Assembly (NCBI GenBank): GCA_951406725.2
Contig: OX597823.1
Coordinates: 40,672,001 to 40,736,000 of the forward strand
DNA length: 64,000 bases
Direction: 5' to 3'
Origin: Octopus vulgaris
Lineage: Eukaryota
A program made the translations under genes and the position numbers. Positions within the stretch are counted from its first letter, which is position 1, and the number at the start of each line of letters is the position of its first letter. Positions 39,541 to 54,056 of this stretch are shown piece by piece. The notes below the pieces were generated by a model that worked only from the letters and a program-made list of their open reading frames with translations, was not told the DNA's origin and did no database searches.

Positions 39541-40282
39541 AATACACAAACACACACACACGACGAGCTTCCTTAGTATCTGTATACAACATTTACTTTC
39601 GAGGCATTAGTCAACCCGGAGCTGTGAATGCACTTGTCCAAGATGCCAAAGGGTAGGTCTGAAAGCATGCGGTGGGTCTGAAACCTGAAAGTATGTGATT
39701 GTTTACTGAGTTTCTTAATTAGAAAGCCATGTCTGCGCCTACATCTACACATGTAAGTGTGCAAGACATTTTTGAAAGAAAACAAATAGTGATCCATGGA
39801 TACAAGTCTTCACTTTTCATGCCATCAGCGATTATTCGATCGAAAATCATTAACTTCGAGCTTTTACAACTGGCCAGCGAACACTACGCTTGTATTGCTG
39901 TCAATCTTCTAACAGTACTGCCAATTTGCAGTGGTAGATTGCTATTTATTTTTATCAACCTCGAAACAATGGAAAGCAAAGTTGACCTCGCGGATATCCG
40001 AACTCACAAAACAGAGACTGGGTATAAATACCGCCTCGGATTCTGCTCAATGTTGCTCCGACTCTGCCAATTTGTTGAGTTCATAAAGAAGGCAAAAGTA
40101 AAACATTCCGTAATCCCTCACATCAACAATACATGTATCAAACGTGTAATTATAAAGTCTGTTTCTGTGTATGCTTGCTCGTGTGCGTATGTGTGCGTAT
40201 ATGTGTGTGTGTGTGTGCGCGTGTGCGTGTATGAGATCATATGTATAAGTAAGTATATGTGTATGTATATTTCTCTCTATCG

Positions 40283-40314
<32 letters not shown>

Positions 40315-40484
40315 GTATGTATGTATATATATATACATAATTACTTGCACATATATGCATATATACATGTATGCATATATGCATACATACATATGCATGT
40401 ATGCATACATACATACATATGCATGTATGTATACATACATATGCATACACCTACAAACACGCAGGCACACACACATATATATAT

Positions 40485-40649
40485 GGAGTGCCTGTGTGGT
40501 AAGTAGCTTGCTTATCAACCACATGGTTCTGGGTTCATTCCCACTGCGTGGCACTTGGGTAAGAGAGCGGATTTGGTAGACGGAAGCTGAAAGAAGTCCG
40601 TCGCATATATATATATATATATATATATGTGGTGTGTGTGTGGGAGAGA

Positions 40650-40693
<44 letters not shown>

Positions 40694-40898
40694 TTGTGAG
40701 TTTGTCCCTGCAACATCGCTTGACAGTCGATGCTGGTCTGTTTACGTCTCCGTAACTTAGCAGTAACTTAGCAGTTCGGCAAAAGAGACCGATAGAAGTA
40801 CTAGGCTTAAAAAGTATAAGTACTGGGGTCGATAAGCACGAGTAAAGGCGGTGCTCCAGCATGGTCGCAGTCAAATGAGTGAAACAAATAAAAGAATA
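40485..40898 (+). mobile_element. SINE family B copy
   Basis: GGAGTGCCTGTGTGGTAAGTAGCTTGCT...CCCACTGCGTGGCAC; internal (TA)/(TG) repeats; 3' end GCGGTGCTCCAGCATGGTCGCAGTCAAATGA.TGAAACAA.TAAAAGA. Confidence 0.85.
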
Positions 40899-43136
40899 CA
40901 CACACACACACACACACATATACATACTTTTATGTATATTTGAATATATATATACATTTGAATAGGTGTATATAGAAATTTGTTATATTTAACACAAGTG
41001 GAAATCTCTACAGAAACATTCAATATATGGTGACAATTTACATCCGAGAATTTAGATTTGAGTACTTTACCAAAAATAATGCAACAAAAAATATAATTCT
41101 AAACACTTGAAAATGCAATAAATAGCTATATTGCCATTTCGATGAAAAATGTGAGCTTATGATATATTGACACTTTATATGTAGTTGTTACTGTCAAAAT
41201 TGATGATTAGGCGTTGATAGAAAAATAAGTAGAATGTTTTGAGAGTTATGAAAGGAAGAGTTCAGTATTTTCTATAGTTGGCAGAGGTTGCATTCTGGTT
41301 AACGAATATATGATTCTGTTTGAAAAATCATGACAATAAAATGGCGTTTATGCCTGAAGCAATGTCTGCGCTTTTCTGAAGACGTGATATTTGAGCGTGT
41401 CTTCATAGTACATCCCAAATCCTCGCTGTTTAGGCGTACCGGAATTGTTATGATTACAATTTCGAAATCCCCTCCACAAATCTTTTTTAAATTTCATTGC
41501 CAATTTTTTGTTTGTCTTTTTCATGATTTATTTATGTACTATTATTTGACAAATTTTAATTACTGAATCACAGTTCCAATGTTAGATTGAGAGGAAAATA
41601 ATTATTTCTAAATCGTAAAACCATGTTATATAAAAACCGTATGTTTTCTATACTGTAAAAATAAGTTCAGTACAGGCAAACGGTAAAGAGGTTCGCATTG
41701 CAACGACGGGTTTTAGGAATTGATGCCACTGCATTGCTGATCGATCAAAGGTAATTTTGGTGGGGTAAAGAAGGGTCGCCCAAATCTTATGAATGGAAAA
41801 GGTAGAAGGAAACTCTGCTGACGCCCATCGTGTAGATTACACAAGGAATTTAAATAGCGCAGCTTTTTCAAATGACTTCAAACTGATTCTGGTCTGGAGT
41901 TACATTAAATATAGACAGGCATTGGCAATGGTCATTCACTTACACTATAATTCAAGAAAAACTGGTTCTGGTTCTATGGGGTGAAGTTAAGAAGAAAGGA
42001 AGAGACGAAATAGTGTGTGCATATGTGTGTGTGTGCGTGTGTGTGTCTGTAAATGGAGGGTGTAAATATGTGTCTGCGCATGTAATATTATATGATGGAA
42101 TGTATACAGTAACCATTTGTCTTGAGCCAGTGTCAGATTCAAACTTTATATCGTCAGCTGTCGGGATGTGTTCTCTTTATCTTCATCTTCAAGAATTAGT
42201 TGTTTTGTATCCATATTTAAGTTTTGCAACGCTACACATATGGGTTTTTTTTTTTCCATAATCACCAGCTAATTCAGCCGTACTATTCTCCTATGTACAT
42301 TTGGCATTTGTAAATTTTCTATCTTTTAGTATTTCACTCTGTTTAATAAATTATATAAACATTTGGTTAGCAATTTAGAATTTCCAGCTTCATTAACATG
42401 TAGAATTTCGTGACTAATATCTCTAATTCTATATTCTGATTCTGGAGACATGTATTGTCACGGTTATCTGCCAGTCACTTTCGCTCCTAGCAATATGTGA
42501 TATTGCGTGATGAGAAAGTAGTATTTGTTTTTCTCCATTGTCACAGGCATGTTTATATAAATTAGACTGGTAACTGTACTTCCGGTATGGCATTAGTGTA
42601 TTGAGGTGAATGTCAGCTTTATCAGTCAAATGGCAGGTAATTGTACTTCCGCGCGTCTAAGTCTGCAATAGTTTAGTCGGAAAACAAGTGAAAAGACCTA
42701 ACATGAATTTAATAATCACGAAATGTCATATTAGACCATCGGGAGAAAAAATTCATTTCGTTTTTGGTAGAGATTAGCTTGGATATATCTTGCGCAAGCT
42801 ATATAAAATGTGGAAATAGAAAGAAAAAAAAAACACGGATGCGATCATATATGAACGCATACACACACACACACACTCACGCACACACACACACACACTC
42901 ATACACACGCACATACTACATGTACACATATACATGTGCATGTAGTGTGTGTAGAGACACACAAATATACAGACGCACAAGCTGAAAAGATATATGCGCT
43001 TTATATATTTATGCATTTGCATATGCAGATAAACAAACACACAAACAGAAATATCGAAATAAAATGAAAACCCAGATTACACACAATTACATACTTTCAT
43101 ATACACACACATACACACTCACACATACGCATGTAT

Positions 43137-43167
<31 letters not shown>

Positions 43168-44445
43168 ATTTCAGCGTTTTAATTGCATATATCAGTGTGA
43201 TATCAAACTGTAAAAAATATATAATCAGAGCTTATATTCAGATTGATAGCAGAATTGTAAAGGTTTTTTAAGTCCATACATTAACTGCAACTCTTCTACC
43301 TGTTAAACAGTCTTTACCGTTTCTGTATTTTCTTTTTGACGTTGAACTCCGTAGCGTGTAATTTCAATGGGAAATGTAATTGGACAATTTCTGTACGCAC
43401 CTCTTCTCTCAATGTCTGAAATAAGAAATATCATTCGAGAACCGTTATTTAAATGTTACTTCTGACGTAGCGTTTATGGTGTTTATGTACAGCATCAAGT
43501 TTGGAGGAGATTACACTTTCTTCATATATGATAACTTCAACAATAAAAGACTGATTAAACAGGCATGTGGTTATAATTCTTATATTCATTTAGCGTAATT
43601 TAATTTACGTTTATAAGTTATTAAGATCCTGCCTAAGTGTAGTGCAGTTGTAACTTAGTTTAAGGTTGTCCGTATTGAATTATTGTAGTTATAGGTTTTA
43701 TAGGGATTATAGCGAAATAGTAATCAATTCAGGTCATGATGTTCTTATTAATATCAGACTTAGCATTCAATGTACAAGGAGGCGTGAATCAGACATTGCA
43801 ATATTTCTACTTAGGTTGCGAGGGCCGTAGAATACGGGTGTAATAAATCTTTCATCTGAATTCATTAGATTGTCGTGCTGTATAATAAGGGTGATCCGTG
43901 TTGGCGAAGATATCCTTATTCGATTTATGCTGTCATATAGATTAACGAATTCTAGGGAATTATTGGAAAAGAATTTAGAGATCGAGACATAAAATTCAAC
44001 AGTCTCTCATATAGAGTCAAATTATTCAACCAACTAATTACTGTCCTTTTAGTTTCCATTGTTGAAGGTCGTTTACTTTCAGAGATTTGGCGGTATAGAT
44101 TGATCTATATTTAGGGTCAGCGGCAAAATTCTCCTAATAGTCTTAAGTGTAATATACGACTCAGCTCACGGTTAGCTAGGTATTCTCATTTAATATTTAA
44201 TTCTATTTAATGAGTTGTTTGTGTCTCACTGTTTTCTAATATTATTGTGTGTCACGTGGAGTACTAATAATTTCACTTTCAATTATGGGTAAAGTTTTTT
44301 TTTATAAATGGTATTTTTTTTTTCAGTTCATAAAGGTTTTTAGGTTTATCAGCGAATAAGAATTATATATATATATATATACATACATACTTTGATGCTC
44401 TTTTCTTGTCTTTTTCTCCGTTCTTCAATCAATTACATATATATA

Positions 44446-44446
<1 letters not shown>

Positions 44447-44481
<35 letters not shown>

Positions 44482-44612
44482 TGTATGTATGTATGTATGT
44501 ATGTATGCATGTATGCATGCATGTATGTATGTATGTATGTATGTATGTATGCATGCATGTATGTATGTATGTATGTATATATGTATGTATGTATATATGT
44601 ATGTATGCATGT
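44447..44612. repeat. (TATG)n tetranucleotide microsatellite
   Basis: Seen directly. Confidence 0.95.
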
Positions 44613-46020
44613 AAGTATGCACCTTATATTATTGCAATCGGAAGCACAAAAATAAGCATACCATTCATCTACACGAACACAACTTTTTTGCTTGTCGATG
44701 AAGTCTGTATGCATGTGTGTGTGTGCATGTATCTCTCTACTTCTCCCTCTATCTATCTATTATCACGAATCTATCTCTATTGATTTTGTATTTCGCCTTA
44801 CACACACGCAACCACACGCACACACACAGACACATACATGCATACATACACACACACACATACACTTTCTTTCTCTACTCTCTTTACCTTCTTTTCATCT
44901 CCTAGTTCTCTCTCCGTTACTGTTCGAATTTGGCTCTCTTCCCCACTGACAACCACCTAATTTGAAATATTCGAGTGAAGGACCCTCACAACGATAGGCT
45001 ACATAAATATTTCATAATGCACACACACACACACACACATACACACGCACACAATCGTAAGGTTATCAACTGATATCATTTGGGATGTCAGTTGTTTGAT
45101 AAATAACTCTATAAGTTCATATATCATTATCGTCTGTTGATAGAATCATCCGTGGTTGCGGCGGTGTCAGTGTTGGTGAAGCTGGTGGGATAGTGTGAGG
45201 GGTGTGGTGAGAGCAGATTTAGAGTCGTTCCTCAACTTTTCCGTCTGTCTCTCTGTCGTTATATCTGTGTGTGTGTGTGTGTGTGTGATAGAATTTTGAA
45301 GTGTTCTTTGCGTGTGTATGTATGAATACATATGAACCCTGTGTGTTACTATAGTATTTCTATACGCGCATGCACCCATTCACACATACTTAGTGCGTAT
45401 ACAGGTATATAATCGTATCTATGCTTACACACACGCACACACACATACACACACACACACACACACACATACAAGCACACGCACACGCATACATGCACGC
45501 ACTGAGACACACACATACACACACCTGCCCCACACATTCACATATATATTTAAATAAAACGAAATATCACCGTATAAGCTACTGCATTAACATATATAAT
45601 TGGCAGTCAGAATACATAGCACACACATCCACTTACACACACACACACACACGCACACGCACACACACACACACACACATACACACACACGCACGCGCGT
45701 ACACATACGCATTTACAGTATTGTCACATACACACATATAGAAATACACACAAACATATGCACGTGCGTATATACGTCAAACAGGGACGCACTCGTATAA
45801 TCCACTACATTCACCCACATGCAGCACACACATACGCCTATACACGCATGCGCACATACATGTGCAAACACATAGTTTTGTGTCTATCTGTATGATAATT
45901 GGTATGTGTCCATTTCTGTGTGCAGGCACACAATGTCATCACCTTGTAACTATCTATCATATATTCCCTAGTGTTCCTTCAAACTATTAGCTGTCCAGAT
46001 TTGTTTCATATAATACATGC

Positions 46021-46068
<48 letters not shown>

Positions 46069-46282
46069 TTGTAAATGTATATATGAATGTCTGTTTGCCT
46101 GTCTGTCTATCCTTCCATATGTATAGATGTATATACAACTGCGTGCATCCCTGTGAATTCACATAGATATAAATATTTATTTATATATAATTTTTATATA
46201 TGTATATATATTCGTATAAGTAAACATATATATTATATATATATATATATATATAATATGCTTATTTATCTATCTATCTATC

Positions 46283-46319
<37 letters not shown>

Positions 46320-46339
46320 CATATGCTTATCTATCTATC

Positions 46340-46371
<32 letters not shown>

Positions 46372-46402
46372 GATAGATTTGTGTGTGTGTGGCTGTGTGT
46401 GC

Positions 46403-46446
<44 letters not shown>

Positions 46447-47084
46447 CCATATAAATATACATATACATATATATGTATGTGTGTGTGTGTGTTTATATAT
46501 ATATGTGAACCGTTATTATCATTCTTTTTTTGTTTATAGTTTCGTCTTCTTTTGTCTTTTATACGTTCCTGTTTGTGATTTGTGTTATCGTTTGTGTATG
46601 GTGTAAACCGAAGCCTTCTTTTAAGTATTTTCGCTTGCGTTAATTTTTCCACAAATCTTTGCAAGTTATCACTGTTCATCCGTACATTCAATACATCAAT
46701 GTCACTATGAGCGACAACGTGCATTTCTCCGCTTAATTTAGTAAATTCATCTCTTCATATGCATCTAAAATTATAAAGAAAAATCATTTGGGACTTGCTA
46801 TGATAGTTTGCAAGTTCACAGTTCAGAAGGGGATTGCGATTCCAAACGTTTGCAGCTGTCAACTGAAAACTTCAGTGTCAAATTTCAAATACTTGTTTGA
46901 TGATTGGAATAGCTGTGACCCCTACTTACCTTGACCTATGCTTGCCCTCTTTTGGTTCAGCTTACCTTATTCTATCGCCACACTTTTAACAACAAGTATA
47001 TTAATCGATGCTATGTATATCAAAATTAGGACATTCTTCTACTATTACGGTAATATCAGTAACAATATAAACAGTTATAGTTAT

Positions 47085-47250
47085 ATCGTCTGTCTTTAGG
47101 TTCTGAGTTCAAGTTCTGCCGTGTTCGACTATGCCTTTCATCCTTTTGGGGTCGATAAATTAAATATCAGTTGCGTACGGGGGTCGATCAATTCGACTGG
47201 TCCCCTCACCAAAAATTTCGGGTCGTATGCTTAGAGCAGAAAAGAATATT
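47085..47250 (+). mobile_element. SINE family A copy, 5'-truncated
   Basis: TTCTGAGTTCAAGTTCTGCCGTGTTCGACTATGCCTTTCATCCTTTTGGGGTCGATAAA. Confidence 0.8.
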
Positions 47251-47840
47251 AACAGTTATCGTATTTACCAAAAGCATTAATAAATACGACCATTTGAGAA
47301 GGACACGATAATCATTGAGATTGTTTGTTATAAGCACCGTTCTGACCGCCCATGGCCCTCTAGATGCGGAAGTCCAGGGTTGACCTTGGAAATTGAACCA
47401 CGCCAAACACATCTTTGGACACTCGTATATCATGCTGTAATAAATATGCAGTTACTAAAAAAAAAACAACTAGTCATTGTAATCTAAATCTTATCAAGTA
47501 CTCTAATACATTCGCCTTTAAAACATTTTTGTTAGAAACACTGAAAAGTATTCAAACACACAAGCACGCGCGTTTCTTTCTCTCCTCATCTTTCTGCGAA
47601 AGAGCCTAGTCTCGAAATTTCAAAGGCTTCTAATTTTTCTTGAGAGTCAACCTAATACATCCTGTTTATTTATTTTTTGTTACTTCGTCTGTGTGTTTTT
47701 TATAGTTTTTGTACCATATATACATACATATATAATGCACACGTCCATGCATCCATCCACCCATACATATACATATATAAACATATATACATGTATGTGC
47801 ATGCGTGTGTATACACACTCACTCACACACTCACCCCCTC

Positions 47841-47938
<98 letters not shown>

Positions 47939-49975
47939 GATACTCATGTGGAAGCTGCGTATAATTTATAAAGTACGGTGTGATATTTCTGCTGACACTG
48001 CCTTTAACTAATCGTTGACAAAGGTCTACTAGTCATTTACTTACTTATAACTTAACTCGACTTTTTTCAGTTCAACACGAAAAACTAGTAATAGCGATAT
48101 TAAAGACTTTGATAACCACAACTTATTTCAAAAGTTTATATCAGTTATCGAAACTATTCATGGAATACTTCCTTTATACATGAACTTTGTTACGAAATGT
48201 GCAAATATAAACTTTAAGAAAAGTAGATTGGAACCGAACAGAAAAGGCATTTCCTTAACGCAGTGATGTCTTGTTAGACGTCTCGATTTTGGATTCGACA
48301 TGAAGCTTTTACAATATAGTGCCAACCCAATGATATAGATTTTAGTTTCAAAATAGAGAGCTTCTAAGTTTAATAATCTGACAATTGTCTTATAGAAACA
48401 GTTATTGTTACACTCATAAATTTCATGGTTAAGGGTTGTTTTCATATTAGATATACCTTACGGTACTCTTCATTTAATAAATATGTAAATTAGAGAATTT
48501 GTATGTTAAGAGTTCAAATTTTATATTGACAATCACAAAAACATGAATCATAGTAAATAACTGAACGCGGAGTATTAAGTTAGCTACATTAATCCGAACT
48601 GTATTCACGAATGAGTTTTATGGTGACCCGTAATCACACTTTTAAATGGAACCCTCAAGTAAATATGACTTGGTAACATGTATCTTGCTTTTATTAATTG
48701 TTTTTTTAACTGTCCATGTAACCGCAAGGTGAAGCAAGCACCCTTTCAGTTCTCCCCTATATGAACTAGCGGAACATCGAGAATGTGCCATCTGGACAGA
48801 GAAAAGGCTGAGCTAGCAGTCAACTGATACTCATTTATAGTTGAAAACATTGGAACAACATACAATGAAGTGCTTTACCTAAGGACTCAACGCGCCGCTT
48901 GGTCCATAAGTTGAGCCTACAACTTTACTGTTGTGAGATCAGCCCTCAAATACTAAGCCATGTGCATTTGTAATTAATACTAATGATTGATCTATAAAAA
49001 TTAAGATTGTCGTTGGATTTGGCTTTTAAATAATACAAATAATTAATTTTAAAACCAAATAGCAATCTGGCTTAAAATTTCGCAAGTTTTAAAACATCTG
49101 AGTTTATGTTTAAATGAGTGACTTCTCATCACAAACAAACAGATTATTTAGATGCAGTATCTTTCGTTCATATCTAAATTGTCCCAGGTGAACCGCTGAT
49201 CCGCATATTAATTACACAATATTTTGCACAGTAACAAATAAAATGAAAAATATACCGAAAAAATAATAGAAAATCTTTTAAGAAAATCATTAGCAGTCAT
49301 CTTAAGAAAACCGCAATTTTACATCTGCTCAAAATACTTAACGGATGTAGTCGTGATAACCAGGTACACGAGAAAGGATTCCGTGACATCCGTAAATTTT
49401 TTATTGCATTCTACCATAAAACACGAAATACATGCATTGGGATGAGGATATCTCATGGAACATGTTCAAAAGCATGTGTAATTCAAGTGAATATAATTAC
49501 ATTGTAAACCCTGTAACATGCTTTAAAAGCCGTGTGGTAATGAAAACGGGAAATTTCCATTGCATCAGGGAATTTTTTCTCTAATGGTTATTTTTCACTT
49601 AGTTTTCAATATAAATAAATTTGGCGCTCAGGTTTTTCTTTCGAAATTGTAGAATGCTTTTCAAAATTTCTTGATGCAGAAACAAGTGCGTAATGTTTAC
49701 TTAATGTATCAAATTTTCTGTGTGCATTAATGCAAAGGAAATGCTTTTTTTCCCCTAACTGTTCAGGAAGAACATTATCAAGTTATGAAATATATCAATC
49801 TATTACTTTTTGTTTAAAAAATGTTCGTCACAACAGAATCACTAATGTTTTCCTCTCACACAGTACCGCCATAAAGGCTCAAGATTAAAAATAAAATCAG
49901 TTTTTAATATTTTCTCATATTGCTTTAAAAGCCTTCTAAATTCACACTTCTATTTTCATTAATATTCTATTCCAG

Positions 49976-50041
49976 TTGCTTTTTTCATTGTTCTGCAACT
50001 CTTTGCAGCTGCATTTATTATTTGTCGTTAAAATTCTAGAC
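49976..50041 (+). other. Weak candidate exon (66 nt)
   Basis: Acceptor TATTTTCATTAATATTCTATTCCAG|, donor |GTAAGT at 50042. One frame is open throughout and another reads AFFIVLQLFAAAFIICR* (hydrophobic tail). It lies in a repeat-free island; no homology recognised. Confidence 0.25.
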
Positions 50042-50775
50042 GTAAGTGAATTTTTCAATCAAGCTCATCTGTAGTGAAGAAGGTTAAACAATTTTCTCTT
50101 TTTTCTTTTGTATGATTAACTTCCTAATAGTTTTTTTTATCATATATTTTATTATCCAATCAAATATTTAGTTCTGTATTTAATCATTATTTTCAACCAC
50201 AAATATTTTGTTAGTTCCTGTGGTTGATACAACAAAAGATTTTCTTAACTTCACATCACCTTTACATTAGCGTATCGCAATTTCTCTTTTCAGAAATATC
50301 GTTTTATATTTATCATATGACTTGCTACAGAAGACCTGTATAAACGTAACTCACCCGTTTGTGTTGAATATAAACTAAACACAGGGTGGTTACGATCATT
50401 TCTAAAAAACAAATACTGAAAATACACTTCAGATATTCTTACATATTTTCTTTAGACAGGATTCGATATTAGTATTTATCATATATCATATAACTGTTCT
50501 GTAATTTTGTTTGATTCATTCGATTTTGACTTATCATGGCTATATCCATAGTAGTTCTCAATGTTTCACATTACGTTGTAATGTGTAAACGGTGTCATTA
50601 TGTCAGTGGCAGCATTACTTTGTACCCGAGTAGTAAATCTGTAGTGACCGACTGAAACCCTTCAAGTGATTTTTAATAATGCTTTATATGTATGCGTGTG
50701 TATCTGTGTGTGTATGTTTGTGTATGTGTGTGTATATGTGTGTGTATGTGTGTGTGACTTCTGTGAGTGAATAAC

Positions 50776-51195
50776 TCTCTTTTCCTCTCTTTTACTCTTT
50801 TACTTGTTTCAGTCATTTGACTGCGGCCATGCTGGGGCACCGCCTTTAATCGAGCAACTCGACCCCGGGACTTTTTCTTTTGTAAGCCCAGTACTTATTC
50901 TATCGGTCTATTTTGCCGAACCGCTAAGTGACGGGGGCATAAACACACCAGCATCGGTTGTCAAGCAATGCTAGGGGGACAAACACAGACACACAAACAC
51001 ACACACACGCATATATACATATATATATACATATATACGACGGGCTTCTTTCAGTTTCCGTCTACCAAATCCACTCACAAGGCTTTGGTCGGCCCGAGGC
51101 TATAGTAGAAGACACTTGCCCAAGGTGCCACGCAGTGGGACTGAACCCGGAACCATGTGGTTGGTAAACAAGCTACTTACCACACAGCCACTCCT
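50776..51195 (-). mobile_element. SINE family B (CORE-like tRNA-headed SINE), near full length and young
   Basis: Minus strand: AGGAGTGGCTGTGTGGTAAGTAGCTTG...GGTTCCGGGTTCAGTCCCACTGCGTGGCACCTTGGGCAAGTGTCTTCTAC (CORE-like CCTTGGGCAAGT), internal (TA)(TG) tract, and tail (GTAAAAGA)n. Confidence 0.92.
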
Positions 51196-51452
51196 ATAAA
51201 TAAATATCCATCAAAAATCAGTAGAGTGACTATTATAGTATTTTAAAATAAACTTATTTATACTTGAGCAATGCATATCAATTATGATCTACAATACATG
51301 ACACAACAAAGCTACAAACAATTACATCCACTTCTTTAGGCACTCACACATATGCAAATAACTACAAATATATGTATGTATGTATCTACACACACACACA
51401 AAGAGATAGATAGATAGATATGCATGTATGTATATGTATGTATATGCGTTTA

Positions 51453-51484
<32 letters not shown>

Positions 51485-52204
51485 CACGCATTCATGTATG
51501 TGTATGTGAGTGCGTACGTAAATATACACTCCACAAGTACTCACACACATATACAGACACACTCATTGAGGCATATGTATTTATATACGTAGAACTACAC
51601 TCTTGTATCGATATGAAAGATTGGAAAACAAGAAGTCATATAGACGATCTTCGATCAGATTAACTGGTCATCGATAATCAAACAAAATTTCGAACACAGT
51701 GATTGGTTCAATTTTCGCATCAATATATTGACAAATTTCAATATTTAATGTGATAAAAGTTAAATAAGTGAATCTGTCATATAGGGAAATATATTATGTG
51801 ATTGAGAAAAGTATAAGTGTATCGAGGTGTATATAAGTTTCTGTAAACCATTTACTTGAAGAATCTACTCAGAGAATGTCACGGCACGTGTGACGACAGA
51901 AGAATGATAAGACATGTTTTGCATTATCTATGTTATCGAACAGGCTGAAAATGTATGACATGTTGGCTATGTTAGCACAAACGCACATACACATATATGT
52001 AAGGATGCATATATATGTCTGTGTGCGTGTGCGCGTGTGTGTGCGCGTGTTAGTGTGTATCCGTGCGAGCATGTGTGTATGTATTATACATATATATGTA
52101 AGTATGTATATATATGTAAGTATATATATATATGTATATACATACATATACATATATACATATATATATATACATATATATGTATATATGTATATATACA
52201 TATT

Positions 52205-52247
<43 letters not shown>

Positions 52248-52545
52248 TTGCATATGTATGTATATCATTGTAATATGTATAAATTGTTGCATGTGTGTAT
52301 ATCAATATCGATGCATATTACACTCACATATTACACATACACACACAAACACACACATACACACACACACACACACTCACACAAACATATATTCTATTAT
52401 GAATGTATCTATATATCATTATATATCTGCACAATTACACACATTTTCATTTCTGAGTCACGCTGAGATAAGGTATCGTATTAGTAGATATTCCGTTTAT
52501 ATCTTTCTTATCTTAGCATATCTACATATTCAGTAGTTATTGCTT

Positions 52546-52561
52546 TATTATTATTATCACA

Positions 52562-52630
<69 letters not shown>

Positions 52631-52657
52631 ATTATTATTATTATTATTATTATTATT
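52546..52657. repeat. (TTA)n microsatellite
   Basis: Seen directly. Confidence 0.95.
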
Positions 52658-53441
52658 TCTGTGTTTTATATATTTTATACTATCGCATCTCATAAAGATA
52701 TTCATGGGAATAACAGTAGTATTGGTTTGGAAGCAGCAATATTACAGTGCTATTAATTTTGTTTTGACTTGTGTCGATGTTGATGTAATAAATGTGAAAA
52801 CATTAAACACATACTTAAACATACATGCTCATTTAAAACACGCATATATACTCACCCACACACGTTCACTTATATGTAAGTACTTCTAAATGGTTTTTCT
52901 AGTCGAACACAAACAAGCAGGCACAGATACACATAGACATAAAAGAAGTAGTTAAAATTTATACCTTTCTACGATTTCCAATATTATATTTCAAGTTCAA
53001 ATAATTTGACAAAAAGATGTAAACATTTTTTCCCAGACTACTTTTAAGGTGGAAAATAGTGAATATCAATAGTAATTATCTTCCATTTTGTACGTATCAA
53101 CTTACATACATATGTGCACATACATATATACATATGCATCGTTGCATGTGTGTGGGTGTATATATATATATATATACACACGCATATTTATAAAATTTAT
53201 ATGAAGGGTTGCATGCAAACATCTGTATGTGTGTGAGTGTATGTGTGTGTATGTGTTATGGTTGTCTAGATTTCGACAACAAATATATGTTGATATTTTA
53301 AATAAAATGAAAACATGCTCATGCAAGTAGTTACTGCTCAAATGTGTCAAAGGAAAAACGTGATTTCAATTCTTACAAGACTCGCTTTTTCATCCTTTCT
53401 TCCACGTGTGCACATTATATGGTGTATTTATTATATATATA

Positions 53442-53580
53442 GGCGTAGGAGTGGCTGTATGGTAAGTAGCTTGCTTACCAACCACATGGTTCCGGGTTCA
53501 GTTCCACTACATGGCACCTTGGGCAAGTGTCTTCTACTATAGCCTCGGGCCGATCAAAGCCTTGTGAGTGGATTTGGTAG

Positions 53581-53667
<87 letters not shown>

Positions 53668-53896
53668 TGTATGTATGTGTGTGTATGTGAGTGTGTCTGT
53701 GTTTGTCCCCATAACATCGCTTGACAACCGATGCTGATGTGTTTACGTTCCCGTAACTTGGCAGTTCGGCAAAGGAGACCAATAGAGTAAGTGCTGGCCT
53801 TACAAAGAGTGGGTCATGGGGTCGATTTACTCGACTAAAGGCGGTGCTCCAGCATGGCCGCAGTCAAATGACTGAAACAAGTAAAAGAGTAAAAGA

Positions 53897-53897
<1 letters not shown>
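53442..53897 (+). mobile_element. SINE family B, full length
   Basis: GGCGTAGGAGTGGCTGTATGGTAAGTAGCTTGC...GGCACCTTGGGCAAGTGTCTTCTACTATAGCC...CAAGTAAAAGAGTAAAAGAGT. Confidence 0.92.
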
Positions 53898-53941
<44 letters not shown>

Positions 53942-54056
53942 ACTCTTTTACTTGTTTCAGTCATTTGACTGCGGCCATGCTGAGCACCGCCTTTATATAA
54001 ATCGACCCCATGACCCACTCTTTGTAAGGCCAGCACTTACTCTATTGGTCTCCTTT
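53771..54056. repeat. Long inverted repeat (arms ~53771-53894 and ~53938-54056) centred on (TA)n
   Basis: The right arm is the reverse complement of the 3' ~120 bp of the adjacent SINE, including locus-specific variants such as GAGTGGGTCATGGGGTCGATTTA. Confidence 0.9.

Noticed and set aside
39729-40340. 203-aa ORF
   Set aside because: It runs through an antisense SINE A copy and microsatellites, so it is a chance open frame.
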